Source of the DNA: the human T2T-CHM13v2.0 reference genome, Homo sapiens | DNA: 64,000 nt | Reading direction: 5' to 3' | Assembly (NCBI GenBank): GCA_009914755.4 | Contig: CP086569.2 | Coordinates: 10,336,001-10,400,000, forward strand | Shown here: positions 52,280 to 64,000 of the stretch, one piece after another | Layout of the letters: the number at the start of each line of letters is the position of its first letter | Position numbering within the stretch: position 1 is the stretch's first letter | Notes under the pieces: model-generated | Told to the model about the DNA's origin: nothing | The model's input: the letters and a program-made list of their open reading frames with translations, nothing else | The model's database searches: none | Translations under genes and position numbers: made by a program

Positions 52280-53190
52280 CCAGGAGCCCCCTAACGAACT
52301 GCACGCAAAGGGCGCTGGGAGCCGCGCCACTACTGCCCACTTCCCGGCAAGACCAATCAGTGCGATGGTGGTGGGCGTCTCCCTGGGTGACACCTCCCCA
52401 GGCTGACCTGCATCACCAGCCCCCCGGGGTAAGCCTCCTCTGAGAAGCCCTCGCAGCTTGTGCCAGGTAGCGCTAGGTGCAGGCACAAGTGGGCTGCATG
52501 GCCTTTGGCATTGTGGGCATGGAAGCCCAGTGCCCTAACTGATATCCTGAGTATGGCAAGCTATTGACCCACAGGGAACACATGAAAACATCTCACTGCA
52601 TTAGGCAGGCCAGGTAGGTGGTACAGAATATTGCAGATCCAGAGGAGAACTCTCTCTGGCTGCTGAGGCGAGGGTGGCGGGGGTGGCCTGGGGTAAGTGG
52701 GTCGGGGCCAGCTCTTGGGAGGAAAGTCGCCTGGTTGTGCTGAGGTGGAATTCGTCTGCTCCAGAGGTCGGAACCCTGGCAAGCACTCTCGCAGGTCTAG
52801 GCAAATACAGGCTCCGAGTACCATGCTTCCTCCTTGAGAATGCTGTACTCCCAGGAGCATTCTAAAAGGCTTCGCATCCTATGTCCCGGGCACACTGGAG
52901 GCCAGCCGCCAGGGTTGGCTACCGACAGCCTGCGTGCCTGCTGTTGTGCACTGCCTTGCCGACCCAGAGGCTCCCGCACGTGCAGCAACGTCTGCAGTGC
53001 CTGCTGGCGGGGCTCTGAAAGCCCAGGACATGGGCCTCTAGATCCTGAACTCCTGTGCGCAGTTGACCCTGGTGGGGACCTGAGCCCCATGGCGAGAGTG
53101 GCGATCTGCGGGCCCAGCGGGGCCCTTCAGGAAACCTGGGTCCATGTAGGTGTGGTACTAGGTTCTCAGCAGGGTGAGGCCCACGGGACT
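52280..53190 (+). promoter_or_regulatory. TSPY-type 5' flank of copy C (paralog of 18290-19250), includes CCAAT/GTAAGC module at about 52330-52445
   Basis: The module is aagaccaatcagtgcgatggtggtgggcgtctccc ... ccccggggtaagcctcctctgagaag. Downstream, 52440-52930 aligns with 18560-19000 at about 80 percent. Confidence 0.4.
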
Positions 53191-53945
53191 TTCAGGGAGC
53201 AGGCCTCTTGTGGAGCAGCCCTCCTGTGGAGCAGCCCCCAGAGCCTAGGGGTGCTGGGGATGCGCTGGGCTGCGCAGGCCGGGGTCTGTCGGAGCACCCA
53301 GGAGGACACCATGTTCAGGCTGGAGGCTCTGCTGGAGAGGAAGGCCGGGGTACAGATCAAGGAGGAGGCCTTGGAAAAGGAGAAGGTGCTTATGGTGGAA
53401 GACCTAATGGCTGAGGTGGAGGTGGTGGTTGAGGAGGAGACCGATGTGAAGTGGCAGAAGGAGGACCAGTGGGCACAGCCTGGCCCTGGAGGCAGCACAC
53501 CCAGGCCGTCAATGAGCTCACTGGAGGTCTTCACTTGGAGCTGGGCTCCATGAATGCCTCAGGCCACAGGGCATCTCCAGCTTCTGGGCCAGAGCCATAT
53601 CCTTGCAGCAGCCCATTTGGGATGGCTGGCAGCAGGGGTTGGGCATCAGGCTTTGGGGGGGTTGTGCGGGATGGGTGGGGGGAGGAGCCAGGAGGGAGGC
53701 ACATGTGGTCAGCCAGGAGGCAGGGGATGGGGGACAGGTGGGAGCTGAGGTCAGTTTCCTGCAGATAGGAGGGCAGATTGCTGTCAGAGCCCTGGGAGCA
53801 GTTGATAGGGATGGGGAGCCAAGCACAGCACTCACAAGAGAGAATCGCGGCTCCAAGGACCCTTCACACACAGCACAAAGTTGAAGGGCATTTTTCCCTG
53901 GGAAAGTCCCTGGAGGAAGGGGACTCTGCACACCCATGCCAGGTA
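53190..53945 (+). pseudogene. TSPY: TSPY pseudogene fragment, copy C (exon 1 equivalent plus start of intron 1), truncated by alpha satellite
   Basis: It reads MFRLEALLERKAGVQIKEEALEKEKVLMVEDLMAEVEVVVEEETDVKWQKEDQWAQPGPGGSTPRPSMSSLEVFTWSWAP*. TSPY1 has [86 protein letters not shown]. Positions 53850-53945 align with copy A 19900-19995, then homology ends. Confidence 0.75.
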
Positions 53946-56900
53946 GAATCTGAAAGTGGACATTTGGAGCGCTTTGAGGCCTATGGTGAAAGAGGATATA
54001 TCTTCAGATTAAAACCAGACAGAAGAATTCTGAGAAACTGATTTGCGATGCATGCGTTCATCTCACAGAGTTGAACCTTTCTTTTGATAGAGCAGTTTGG
54101 AAACACTCTTTTTGTATAATCTGCAAATGGAGATTTAGAGCGCTTTGTGACCTATGGTAGAAAAGGAGATATCTTCACATAAAATCTAGATACAAGCAAT
54201 CTGAGAAACTTCTTTGTGATGTATGCATTCACCTGATAGAGATGAAACTTTCTTTTGATGTGCCAGTTTCGAAATACTCTTTTTGTTGAATCTGCAAGTG
54301 GACATTTGGAGCTCTTAAATGCCTAAGGTGGAAAAAGAAATATCTTCACATAAAAACTAGACAGAAGAATTCTGAGAACCTTCTTTGTGATGCATGCATT
54401 CATCTCACAGAGTTCAGTCTTTTTTTTGATTGAGGAGTTTGGAAGCACTGTTTTTGTAGAATCTGCAAGTGAATATTTGGAGCGCTTGGTGGCCTATGGT
54501 AGAAAAGGAAATGTCTTAACATAAAATCTACATGGAAGCAATCTGAGAAACTTCTTTGTGATGTGTGCATTCATCTCACAGAGTTAAACCTTTCTTTTGA
54601 TTGAGCAGTTTTGAAACTCTCTTTTTGTAGAATCTGCAAGTGGACATTTGGAGTGCTTTGATGCCTATGGTGGAAAAGGAAATATCTTCACATAAAAACT
54701 AGATAGAAGAATTCTGAGAAACTTCTTAGTGAAGAGTGGGTTCATTTTACAGAGTTGAAACTTTCTTTTGATTGAGCAGTTTTGAACCTCTCTTTTTCTA
54801 GAATCTGCAAGTGGACATTTGGAGAGCTTTGAGGCCTACGGTGGAAAAGGAAATACCTTCAGGTAGAAACTAGACAGAAGAATTCTGAGAATCTTCTTTG
54901 TCATGTGTGCGTTCATCTCACAGAGTTAACTTTTTCTTTTGATTGAGCAGTTTGGAAAAACCCTTTTTGTAGAATCTGCAAGTGGACATTTGGAGCGCTT
55001 TGCAGCCTATGGTAGAAAAGGAAATATCTTCACATGAAATCTAGACAGAAGCAATCTGAGAAACTTCTTTTTGTTGTCTGCATTCATCTCAGAGAGTTAA
55101 ACCTTTCCTTTGATGGTGCAGTTTTAAAACTCTCCTTTTGTAGAATCTGAAAGTGGACACTTGGAGCACTTTGAGGCCTGTGGTGGAAGAGGAAATATCT
55201 TCAGATTAAAACCAGACAGAAGAATTCTGAGAAACTTATTTGTGATGCGTGCGTTCGTCTCACAGAGTTGAACTTTTCTTTTGATTGAGCAGTTTGGAAA
55301 CACTCTTCTTGTATAATCTGCAAATGGAGATTTGGAGCACTTTGCAGACTATGGTAGAAAAGGAAATATCTTCACATAAAATCTAGATAGAAGCAACCTG
55401 AGAAACTTCTTTGTGATGTGTGCATTCATCTCACAGATTTGAAACTTTCTTTTGATGGACCAGTTTTGAAATGCTCTTTTTGTTGAATCTGCAAGTGGAT
55501 ATTTGGAGCTCTTTCAGGCCTATGGTGGAAAAGGAAATATCTTCACATAAAAACTAGACAGAAGAATTCTGAGAAACTTCTTTGTGATGTGTGCATTCAT
55601 CTCACAGAGTTCAGTCATTCTTTTGATTGAGCAGTTTGGAAACACTCTTTTTGTAGAATCTGCAAGTGGATATTTGGAGCACTTGGCGGCCTATGGTAGA
55701 AAAGGAAATATCTTAACATAAAACCTACACAGAAGCAACCTGAGAAACTTCTTTGTGATGTGTACATTCATCTCCCAAAGTTGAACTTTTCTTTGGAAGG
55801 AAGAGTTTTGAAATACACTTTTTGTAGAATCTGCAAGTGGACATTTTGAGCATCTTGAGGCCTATGGTGGAAAAGGAAATATCTTCACATAAAAACTAGA
55901 CAGAAGAATTCTGAGAAACTTCTTAGTGATGTGTGGGTTCATTTCACAGAGTTGAAGCTTTCTTTTGATTGAGCAGTTTGGAAACACTCTTTGTGTAGAA
56001 TCTGCAAGTGAATATTTAGAGCGCTATACAGTCTATGATATAAAAGGAAATATCTTCACATAAAATCTAGATAGAAGTAATCTGAGAAACTTCTTTGTGA
56101 TGTGTGCATTCTTCTCACAGAGTTGAACTTTTCTTTTGGCTCAGCAGTTTTTGACCTCTCTTTTTCTAGAATCTGCAAGTGGACTTTCGGGGCGCTTTGA
56201 TGCCTATGGTGGAAAAGGAAATATCTTCATGTAAAAACTAGATGGAAGCTTTCTGAGAAATTTATTTGTGATGTGTGCGTTCACCCCAGAGAGATGAACC
56301 TTTCTTTTGATTGACCAGTTTGGAAACACTCTTTTTGGAGAATGTGCAAGTGGACATTTGGAGCGCTTTGCGGTCTATGTTAGAAAAGGAAATATCTTCA
56401 CATAAAATCTAGACAGAAGCATTCTGATAAACTTCTTTGTGATGTGTGCAGTGATCTCACAAATTTAAACCTTTGTTTTGATTGAGTAGTTTTGAAACTC
56501 TCTTTTTGAAGAATCCGTAAGTGGACATTTGGAGCGAATTGAAGCCTATGGTGGAAAAGGAAATATCTTTGGATAAATACTAGACAGAATAATTCTGGGA
56601 AACATCTTTGAGATGTGTGCATTCATCTCACAGAGTTTAACGTTTCTTTTGTGTGAGCAGTTTGGAAACACTCTTTTCATAGAATCTGCAAGTGGGCATT
56701 TGGAGTGCTTTGCAGCCTATGGTAGAGAAGGAAATATCTTCACATAAAATCTAGACAGAAGCATTCTGATAAACTTCTTTGTGATGTGTGCATTCATCTC
56801 ACAGAGTTGAACCTTTCTTTTGAAGGAGCAGTTTTGAAATATGCTTTTTGTAGAATCTGCAAGTGGACATTTCGAGCTCCTTGAGGCTTATGGTGGAAAA

Positions 56901-59900
56901 GAAAATATCTTCACACACACAAAAAAAGACAGAAGAATTCTGAGGAACTTTTTTGTGATGTGTGCATTCATCTCAAACAGCTGAACCTTTCTTTTGGTTG
57001 AGCAGTTTGGAAACAGTCTTTTTGTAGAATCTGCAAGTGGACATTTGGAGCGCTATGTGGCCTATGGTAGAACAGGAAATATCTTCACATAAAATCTAGA
57101 CAGAAGCAATCTGAGAAACTTCTGTGGGATGTGTGAATTCATCTCCCAGAGTTAACCCTTTCTTTGGATTGGGCACTTTCGACACTCTCTTTATGCAGAA
57201 TTTGCAAGTGGACTTTTGGAAGGCTTTGACCCCTATGGTGAAAAAGGAAATAACTTCACGTGAAATCTAAACCAAAGCAATATGAAAAATTTCTTTTTGA
57301 TGTGTGCATTCATCTCACAGAGTTAAACCTTTCCTTTGATTGTGCAGTTTTGAAAGGCTCTTTTTGTAGAATCTGCAAGTGGATATTTGAAGCACTTTGA
57401 GGCCTATGGTGGAAGAGGAAATATCTTCAGATTAAAACTTGACAAGAATTCTGCAAAACTTACTTGTGATGTGTGCGTGCATCTCAAATAGTTGAACCTT
57501 TCTTTTGATTGAGCATTAGGAAACACTTTTTTTGTAGAATCTGCAAATTGGGATTTGGAGCGCTCTGCAGCCTGTGGTAAAAAAGGAGATATCTTCACAT
57601 AAAATACAGACAGAAGCAATCAGAGAAACTTCTTTGTGATGTGTGCATTCATCTCACAGAGTTGAAAATTTCTTTTGATGGACTAGTTTTGAAATACTCT
57701 TTTTGTTGAATCTGCAAGTGGACATTTGGAGCTCTTTGAGGCCTATGGTGGAAAAGGAAATCCTTGACATAAAAACTAGACAGAAGTATTCTGAGAAACC
57801 ACTTTGTGATGTGTGCATTCATCTCACAGAGTTGAGCATTTCTTTTGATTGAGGAGTTTGGAAACACTCTTTTTGTAGAATCTGCAGGTGGACATTTGAA
57901 GCTTTTTGTGGCCTATCATAGAAAAGGAAATATTTTAACATAAAATCTAGATAGAGGAAATCTGAGAAACTTCGTTGTGATGTGTGCATTCATCTCCCAG
58001 AATTGAAACTTTCTTTTGATTGAGGAGTTTGGAAACAATCTTTTTGTAGAACGTGCAAGTGGACATTTGGAGTGCTTTGTGGCCTATGGTAGAAAAGGGA
58101 ATACCTTTATATAAGAACTAGACAGAAACATTCTGAGAAACTTATCTGGATGTGTGCATACATCTCCCAGAGTTGAACCTTTCTTGTGATTGTGCAGTTT
58201 GGAAACACTCTTTTTGTAAAATCTGCAAGTGGACATTTTGAGCGCTTTGCGGCCTATGGTAAAAAAGGAAATATCTTCACATGAAATCTAGACAGAAGAT
58301 ATCTGAGAAACTTCTTGGTGATGTGTACATTCATCTCACAGAGTTATACTTTTCTTTTCATTGAGTAGTTTTTTAAACTCTCTTTTTGTAGAATCTGCAT
58401 GTGGACATTTGGAGCGCTTTGAGCCCTGTGTTGGAAAAGGAAATATCTTCACATAAAAACTAGACTAAAGATATCTGAGAAACTTCTTTGTGATGTGTGC
58501 ATTCATCTCCCAGAGTTCAACCTTTCTTTTGATGGACCAGTATTGAAATATTTTTTTTTTTTTTAGAATCTGCAAGTGGACATTTCGAGCACCTTGAGGA
58601 CTATGGTAGAAAATGATATATCTTCACATAAAAATTAGACAGAAGAATTATGAGAAACTTCTTCATGATGTGTGCATTCATCTCACAGAGTTGAACCTTC
58701 CTTTGACTGAGCAGTTTGGAAACCCTCTTTTTGTAGAATCTGCAAGTGAATATTTTGAGTGCTTTGAGGCTGATGGTAGAAAAGGAAACACCTTCACATA
58801 GAATCTCCACAGAAGCAATCTGAGAAACTACTTTGTGATGTGTGCATTCATCCCACAGCTTTAAATGTTTCTTTTGCTTGAGCATTTTTGAAACTCTCTT
58901 TTCATAGAATCTGCAAGTGGACATTTGGAGAGCTTTGTGCCCTGCAGTAGAAAAGGAAATATCTTCACATAAAATCTTAACAAAAGCAATCTGAGAAACT
59001 TCTTTGAGATGTATGCATTCATCTCACAGAGATAAACCTTTCTTTTGATTGGACAGTTTTGAAATTCTCTTTTTGTAGATTCTGCAATTGGACGTTTGGA
59101 GCGTTTTGAGGCCTATGGTGGTAAAGGAAATATCTTCACATATAAACTAGACAGAACAATTCTGGGAAATTCCTTTGTGATGTTTGCATTCATCTCATGG
59201 AGTTGAACCTTTCTTTTGATTGAGCAGTTTGGAAACACTCTTTTTGTAGGATCTGGCAATTGGTCATTTCGAGTCCTTTGCAGCCAATGGTAGAAAAGGA
59301 AGTATCTTCACACAAAATCTAGACAGAAACAATCTGAGAAACTTGTTTCTGATGTGTGCATTCATCTCACAGAGTCAAACCTTTCTTTTGATTGAGAAGT
59401 TCTGAAACTTTCTTTTTGTAGAATCTGCAAGTGGGCATTTGGAGCGCTTTGAGGCCTATGGTGGAAAAGGTAATATCCTCACATAAAAATTACACAGAAG
59501 AATTCTGACAAACTTCTTTGTGATGTGTGTGTTCATCTCACAGAGTTGAGCCTTTCTTTTGATTGAACAGTTTGGAAACACTGTTTATGTAGAATCTGCA
59601 AGTGGACATTTGGAGCACTTTGAGGCCTGTGGTAGAAAAGGAAATACCTTCACATAAAATCTAGACAGAAGCAATCTGAGAAACTTCTTTCTGATGTGTG
59701 CATTCATCCTACAGAGTTAAATGGTTCTTTTGATTGAGCATTTTTGAAACTATCTTTTCGTAGAATCTGCAAGTGGAAATTTGGAGCGCTTTGAGGCTTA
59801 TGGTGGAAAAGGAAATATCTTCACATAAAAACTAGACAGAAGAATTCTGAGAAACTACTTTGTAATGTGAGCGTTCATCTCACAGAGTTGAATCTTTCTT

Positions 59901-62900
59901 TTGATTGAGCAGTTTGGAAACATCGTTTTTGTAGAATCTGCAAGTGGACATTTGGAGCTCTTTGCAGCCTATGGTAGAAAAGGAAATATCTTCACATAAT
60001 ATCTAGAAAGAAGCAATCTGAGAAACTTCTTTTTGATGTGTGCATTCATCTCACAGAGTTAAACATTTGTTTTGATTGAGCAGTTTTGAAACTCTCTTTC
60101 TGTAAAATCTGCAAGTAGACATTTGAAGCGCTTTGAGGTCTATGTTGGAAAAGGAAATATCTTCTTAGAAAATGTAGACCGAAGAATTCTGAGAAACTCC
60201 TTTGTGATGTGTGCATTCATCTCACAAAGTTGAATTTTTCTTTTGATTGAGCAGTTTGGAAACATTCTTTTTGTAGAATCTGCAAGTGGAAGTTTGGAGA
60301 GCTTTGCGGCTTATGGTACAGAAGGAAATATCTTCACATGCTATCTATACAGAAGCAATCTGAGAAGCTTCTTTGTGATGTATTTATCTCACAGAGATAA
60401 ATCTTTCTTTTGACAGAGCAGTTTAGAAACTATCTGTAGAATCTGCAAGTGGACATTTAGAGCGCTTTGTGGCCTATGGTAGAAAAGGTAACATCTTCAC
60501 ATAAAATCTAGACAATAGCAATCTGGGAAACTTCTTTGTGAAGGGTGCATTCATCTCACAGAGTTAACCTTTTCTTTTGATTGAACAGTTTGGAAACTCT
60601 CTTGTTGTAGTATCTGCAAGTGGACATTTGGAGCACTTTGATGCCTGTGGTGGAAAAGGAAATATCTTCACATAAAAATAGATAGAAGCATTTTGAGAAA
60701 CTTCTCTGTGAGGTGTGCGTTCATCTCCCAGAGTTGAACCTTTCTTTTGATGGACTAGTATTGACATACTCTTTTTGTAGAATCTGCAAGTGGACTTTTC
60801 TAGCGCCGTGTGGCCTATGGTGGAAAATGATATATCTTCAAATAAAATCTAGACAGAAGAAATCTGAGAAACTTCTTTGTAATGAGTGCATTCGTCTCAC
60901 TGAGTTAAACATTTCTTTTGATTGAGCAGTTTTGAAACTCTCTTTTTGTAGTATCTGCAAGTGGACATTTGGAATGCTTTGAGGCCTGTGGCGGAAAAGG
61001 ACACATCTTCACATAAAACCTAGACAGAAGAATTCAGAGTAACTTCTCTGTGATGTGTGGGCACATCTCACAGAGTTGAAAATTTCTTTTGATTGAGCAG
61101 TTTGGAAACACTCTTTTTGTAGAATCTGCAAGTGGAGATTTGGAGCGCTTTGTGGTCTATGGTAGAAAAGGAACTATATTCACATAAAATCTAGACAGAA
61201 GCAATCTGAGAAACTTCTTCATGATGTATACATTCATGTCACAGAGTTAAACTTTTCTTTTGATTGAGCACTTTGAAACACTCTTTTTGTAGAAGCTGCA
61301 AGTGGACATTTGGAGCACTTTCAGGCCTATGGTAGAAAAGGAAATATCTTCACATAAAAACTACACAGAAGAATTATGAGAAACTTCTCTGTGATGCGTG
61401 AGTTGATCTCACAGAGTTGAACATTTCTTTTGATTGAGCAGTTTGGAAACACTCTTTTTGTAGAATCTGCAAGTGGACATTTGGAGAGCTTTGCAGCCTA
61501 TGGCAGAAAAGGAAATGTCTTCACATAATATCTAGACATAAGCAATCTGAGAAACTTCTTTGTGATGTGTGCATTCATCTCACAGAGTTAAAACTTTCTT
61601 TTGATTGAGCAGTTTTGAAACTCTCTTTTTGTAGAATCTGAAAGTGGACATTAGTATCGCTTTGAGGCCTATGGTGGAAAAGGAAATATCTTCACATAAA
61701 AACTAGTCAGAAGAATTCTTTGTGATGTGTGTGTTCACCTCACAGAGTTGAACCTTTCTTTTGATTGAGAAATTTGGAAACACTCTTTTTGTAGAATCTG
61801 CAAGAGGATATTTGGAGCCATTTGCGGCCTAAGTTCGAAAAGGAAATATCTTCACATAAAATCTAGACAGAAGCAATCTGATAAACTTCTTCATGACGTG
61901 TGCATTCATCTCACAGAGTTAAACATTTCTTTTGATTGAGCAGTTCTGAAAGTCTCTTTTTGTAGAATCTGCAAGTGGACCTTTGGAGCGCTTTGTGGCC
62001 GATGGTAGAAAAGGAAATATCTTCACATAAAATCTAGACAGAAGCAATCTGAGAAAATTCTTTGTGATGAGGGCTTTCATCTCACAGTTAAACCATTCTT
62101 TTGATTAACCAGTTTTGAAACTCTCTTTTGGTAGAATCTGCAAGTGGACATTTGGAGCGCTTTGAGGTCTATGGTGGAAAAAGAAATATGTTCACATATA
62201 AACCAGACAGAATAATTCTGATAAACTTCTTTGTGATGTGGGCTTTCATCTCACAGAGTTGAACCTTTCTTTTGATTGAGCAGTTTTGAAACACTCTTTT
62301 TGTAGGATCTGCATGTGGACATTTGTAGCGCTTTGTGGCCTATGTTAGAAAAGGAAATATCTTCTCATAAATTCTAGACAGCAGCAATCTGAGAAACTTC
62401 TTTGCGATGTGTGCATTCATCTCACAGAGTTCAACATTTGTTTTGATTGAGCAGTTTTGAAACTCTCTTTTTGTAGAATGTGCAATTGGAAATTTGGAGC
62501 GATTTAAAGCCTATGGTGGAAAAGAAAATATCTTCACATAAAAAGTACACAGAAGCATTCTGAGAAACTTCTTTGTGATGTGTACATTCATCTCACAGTG
62601 TTGAACCTTTCTTTTGATTGAGCAGCTTTGAAACACTCTTTTTGTAGTATCTGCTAGTGGATACATGGAGCGATTTGAGGTCTATTGTGGAAAAGGAAAT
62701 ATCTTCACATAAAAACTACAAAGAAGCATTCTTTCAAACTTATTTGTTATGAGTGAATTCATCACACAGAGTGGAAGCTTTATTTTGATTGATCAGTTCT
62801 GAAACACTCTTTTTGTCGAATCTGGAAGTGGATATTTGGAGGGCTTTGAGGCTTATTTTGGAAAGGAACTATCTTCACATAAAAACTACACAGAAGCATT

Positions 62901-63619
62901 ATGAGATACTTCTTTGTTATGTGTCTATTCAACTCACAGAGTGGAAACTATCTTTTGATGGGGCACTTTTAAATCTCTCTTTTTGCAGAATCTGCAAGCG
63001 GATATTTGGAGCGTTTTGAGGCTTACCGTGGAAAAGCAAAAATCTTCACCTAAAAACTACACAGAAACATTCTGAGAAACTTCTTTGTCACGTGTGTATT
63101 CAACTCACAAGGTCGAACCTATCTTTTGATTGACCAGTTTTGAATCTCTCTTCTTGCAGAATCTGCAAGTGGATATTTGCAGAGTTTTTAGGCCTATTGT
63201 GGAAAAGGAAATGTCTCCACATAAAAACTACACAGAGAAATTCTGAGAAACTTCTTTGTGATGTGTGCATTCAACTCAGAGAGCTGGACCGATCTTTTGA
63301 TTGAGCAGTTTTGAAACACTCTTTTTGTAGAATCTGCAAGTGGACACTTGGAGCGCTTTGAGGCCTATGGTGGAAAAGGTAGTATTTTCCAATATAAACT
63401 ATACAGAATAATTCTGAGAAACTTCTTTGTGACATGTGTGTTCATCTCCCAGAGTTGAACCTTTCTTTTCACTGAGCAGCTTGGACACACTCTTTTTGTA
63501 GAATCTGCAAGTGGACATTTGGAGCACTTTGCAGCCTAAGGCAGAAAAGGAAATATCTTCATATAGAATCTAGACAGAAGCAATCTGAGAAACTTCTTTG
63601 TGATGTGTGCATTCATCTC
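53946..63619 (+). repeat. Alpha satellite (~171-bp monomers), divergent monomeric array, consensus orientation
   Basis: Monomers read ...aatctgcaagtggacatttggagcgctttgaggcctatggtggaaaaggaaatatcttcacataaaaactagacagaagaattctgagaaacttctttgtgatgtgtgcattcatctcacagagttgaacctttcttttgattgagcagtttggaaacactctttttgtag... Adjacent monomers differ by roughly 10-30 percent. Confidence 0.95.
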
Positions 63620-64000
63620 GAAACAGCTCATTGAAAAGAAAGGTTCAACTCTGTGTGATAGATGCACCCATCACAAAGAAATTTCTCTGAATGTTTCTGT
63701 GTAGTTTTTATGTGAAGACATTTGCTTTTCCACAATAGGCCTCAAAACACACCAAATATCCACTTGCAGATTCTACAAAAAGAGTGTTTGATAACTGCTG
63801 AATCATAACATAGGTTCAACCCTGTGAGATAAATGTACACATCACAAATAAGTTTCTCATAATGCTTCTCTGTAGTTTTTATTTGAATATATTTCCTTTT
63901 CCACCATAGGCCACAAAGGACCCCAAATATCCAATGGCAGTAACTACAAAAAGAGAGATTCAAAACTGCTCAATCAAAAGATAGGTTCAACTTTGTGAGT
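63620..64000 (-). repeat. Alpha satellite in inverted orientation (continues past window end)
   Basis: From 63620 the monomers are the reverse complement: gaaacagctcattgaaaagaaaggttcaactctgtgtgatagatgcacccatcacaaagaaatttctc... Confidence 0.9.

Noticed and set aside
52834-53553. 239-aa plus-strand ORF
   Set aside because: Only its C-terminal third is TSPY exon-1-like (MFRLEALLERKAG...). The N-terminal two thirds is a read-through of the GC-rich 5' flank. TSPY copy C is truncated by alpha satellite, so no gene exists here.
54000-64000. Many 60-110-aa ORFs in both strands (e.g. 58601..58924) and the regular ~171-bp repeat spacing that could superficially suggest a CRISPR-like array
   Set aside because: These are translations of alpha-satellite monomers. 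The 171-bp tandem units are centromeric satellite, not repeat-spacer architecture, and this is primate DNA.

Overview
This window is primate (human-type) genomic DNA, not a prokaryotic locus. I found no intact protein-coding gene and no novel biological system of the defence-island kind. The content looks like the pericentromeric / proximal ampliconic region of a Y chromosome. It holds an intron-containing RBMY-family pseudogene, four TSPY-derived pseudogene segments, a HERV-H provirus, Alu and L1 copies, and a block of alpha satellite that runs to the window end.

- **RBMY-family pseudogene (minus strand, about 5.6-17.3 kb).** It has 8 recognisable exons and a single SRGY box, and the 5' part of exon 4 is duplicated by a 1.8-kb tandem duplication. 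Disabling lesions: no ATG at the expected start, an in-frame TAG in exon 1, a 1-bp deletion in exon 4, no GT donor after exon 5, and a TGA where RBMY1 has Arg in the last exon.
- **TSPY-derived segments.** Copy A (plus, about 19.25-21.55 kb) is full-length but inactivated. Copy B (plus, about 41.6-42.4 kb) is 5'-truncated. Copy D (minus, about 50.25-52.27 kb) is full-length but inactivated. Copy C (plus, about 53.19-53.95 kb) is cut off by alpha satellite. D and C sit head to head.
- **Shared upstream module.** A GC-rich module with a CCAAT box and a GTAAG donor precedes copies A and C.
- **HERV-H provirus (minus strand, 30.27-36.86 kb)** with both LTR7 copies.
- **Other repeats.** L1 3' ends, at least 16 Alu copies, and microsatellites, including a (CTCCAC)n run that expands the Glu-Val motif of TSPY copy D.
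- **Alpha satellite (about 53.95 kb to the window end).** It is divergent and monomeric, with residual 6-7-monomer periodicity, a family shift near 62.7 kb and an orientation flip at 63619/63620.

Coordinates of exons and repeat ends are approximate (typically within a few bp for exons, tens of bp for repeat ends). All calls come from reading the sequence and the ORF track and recalling the RBMY1, TSPY1, LTR7, L1 and alpha-satellite consensus sequences from memory. No database search was run.
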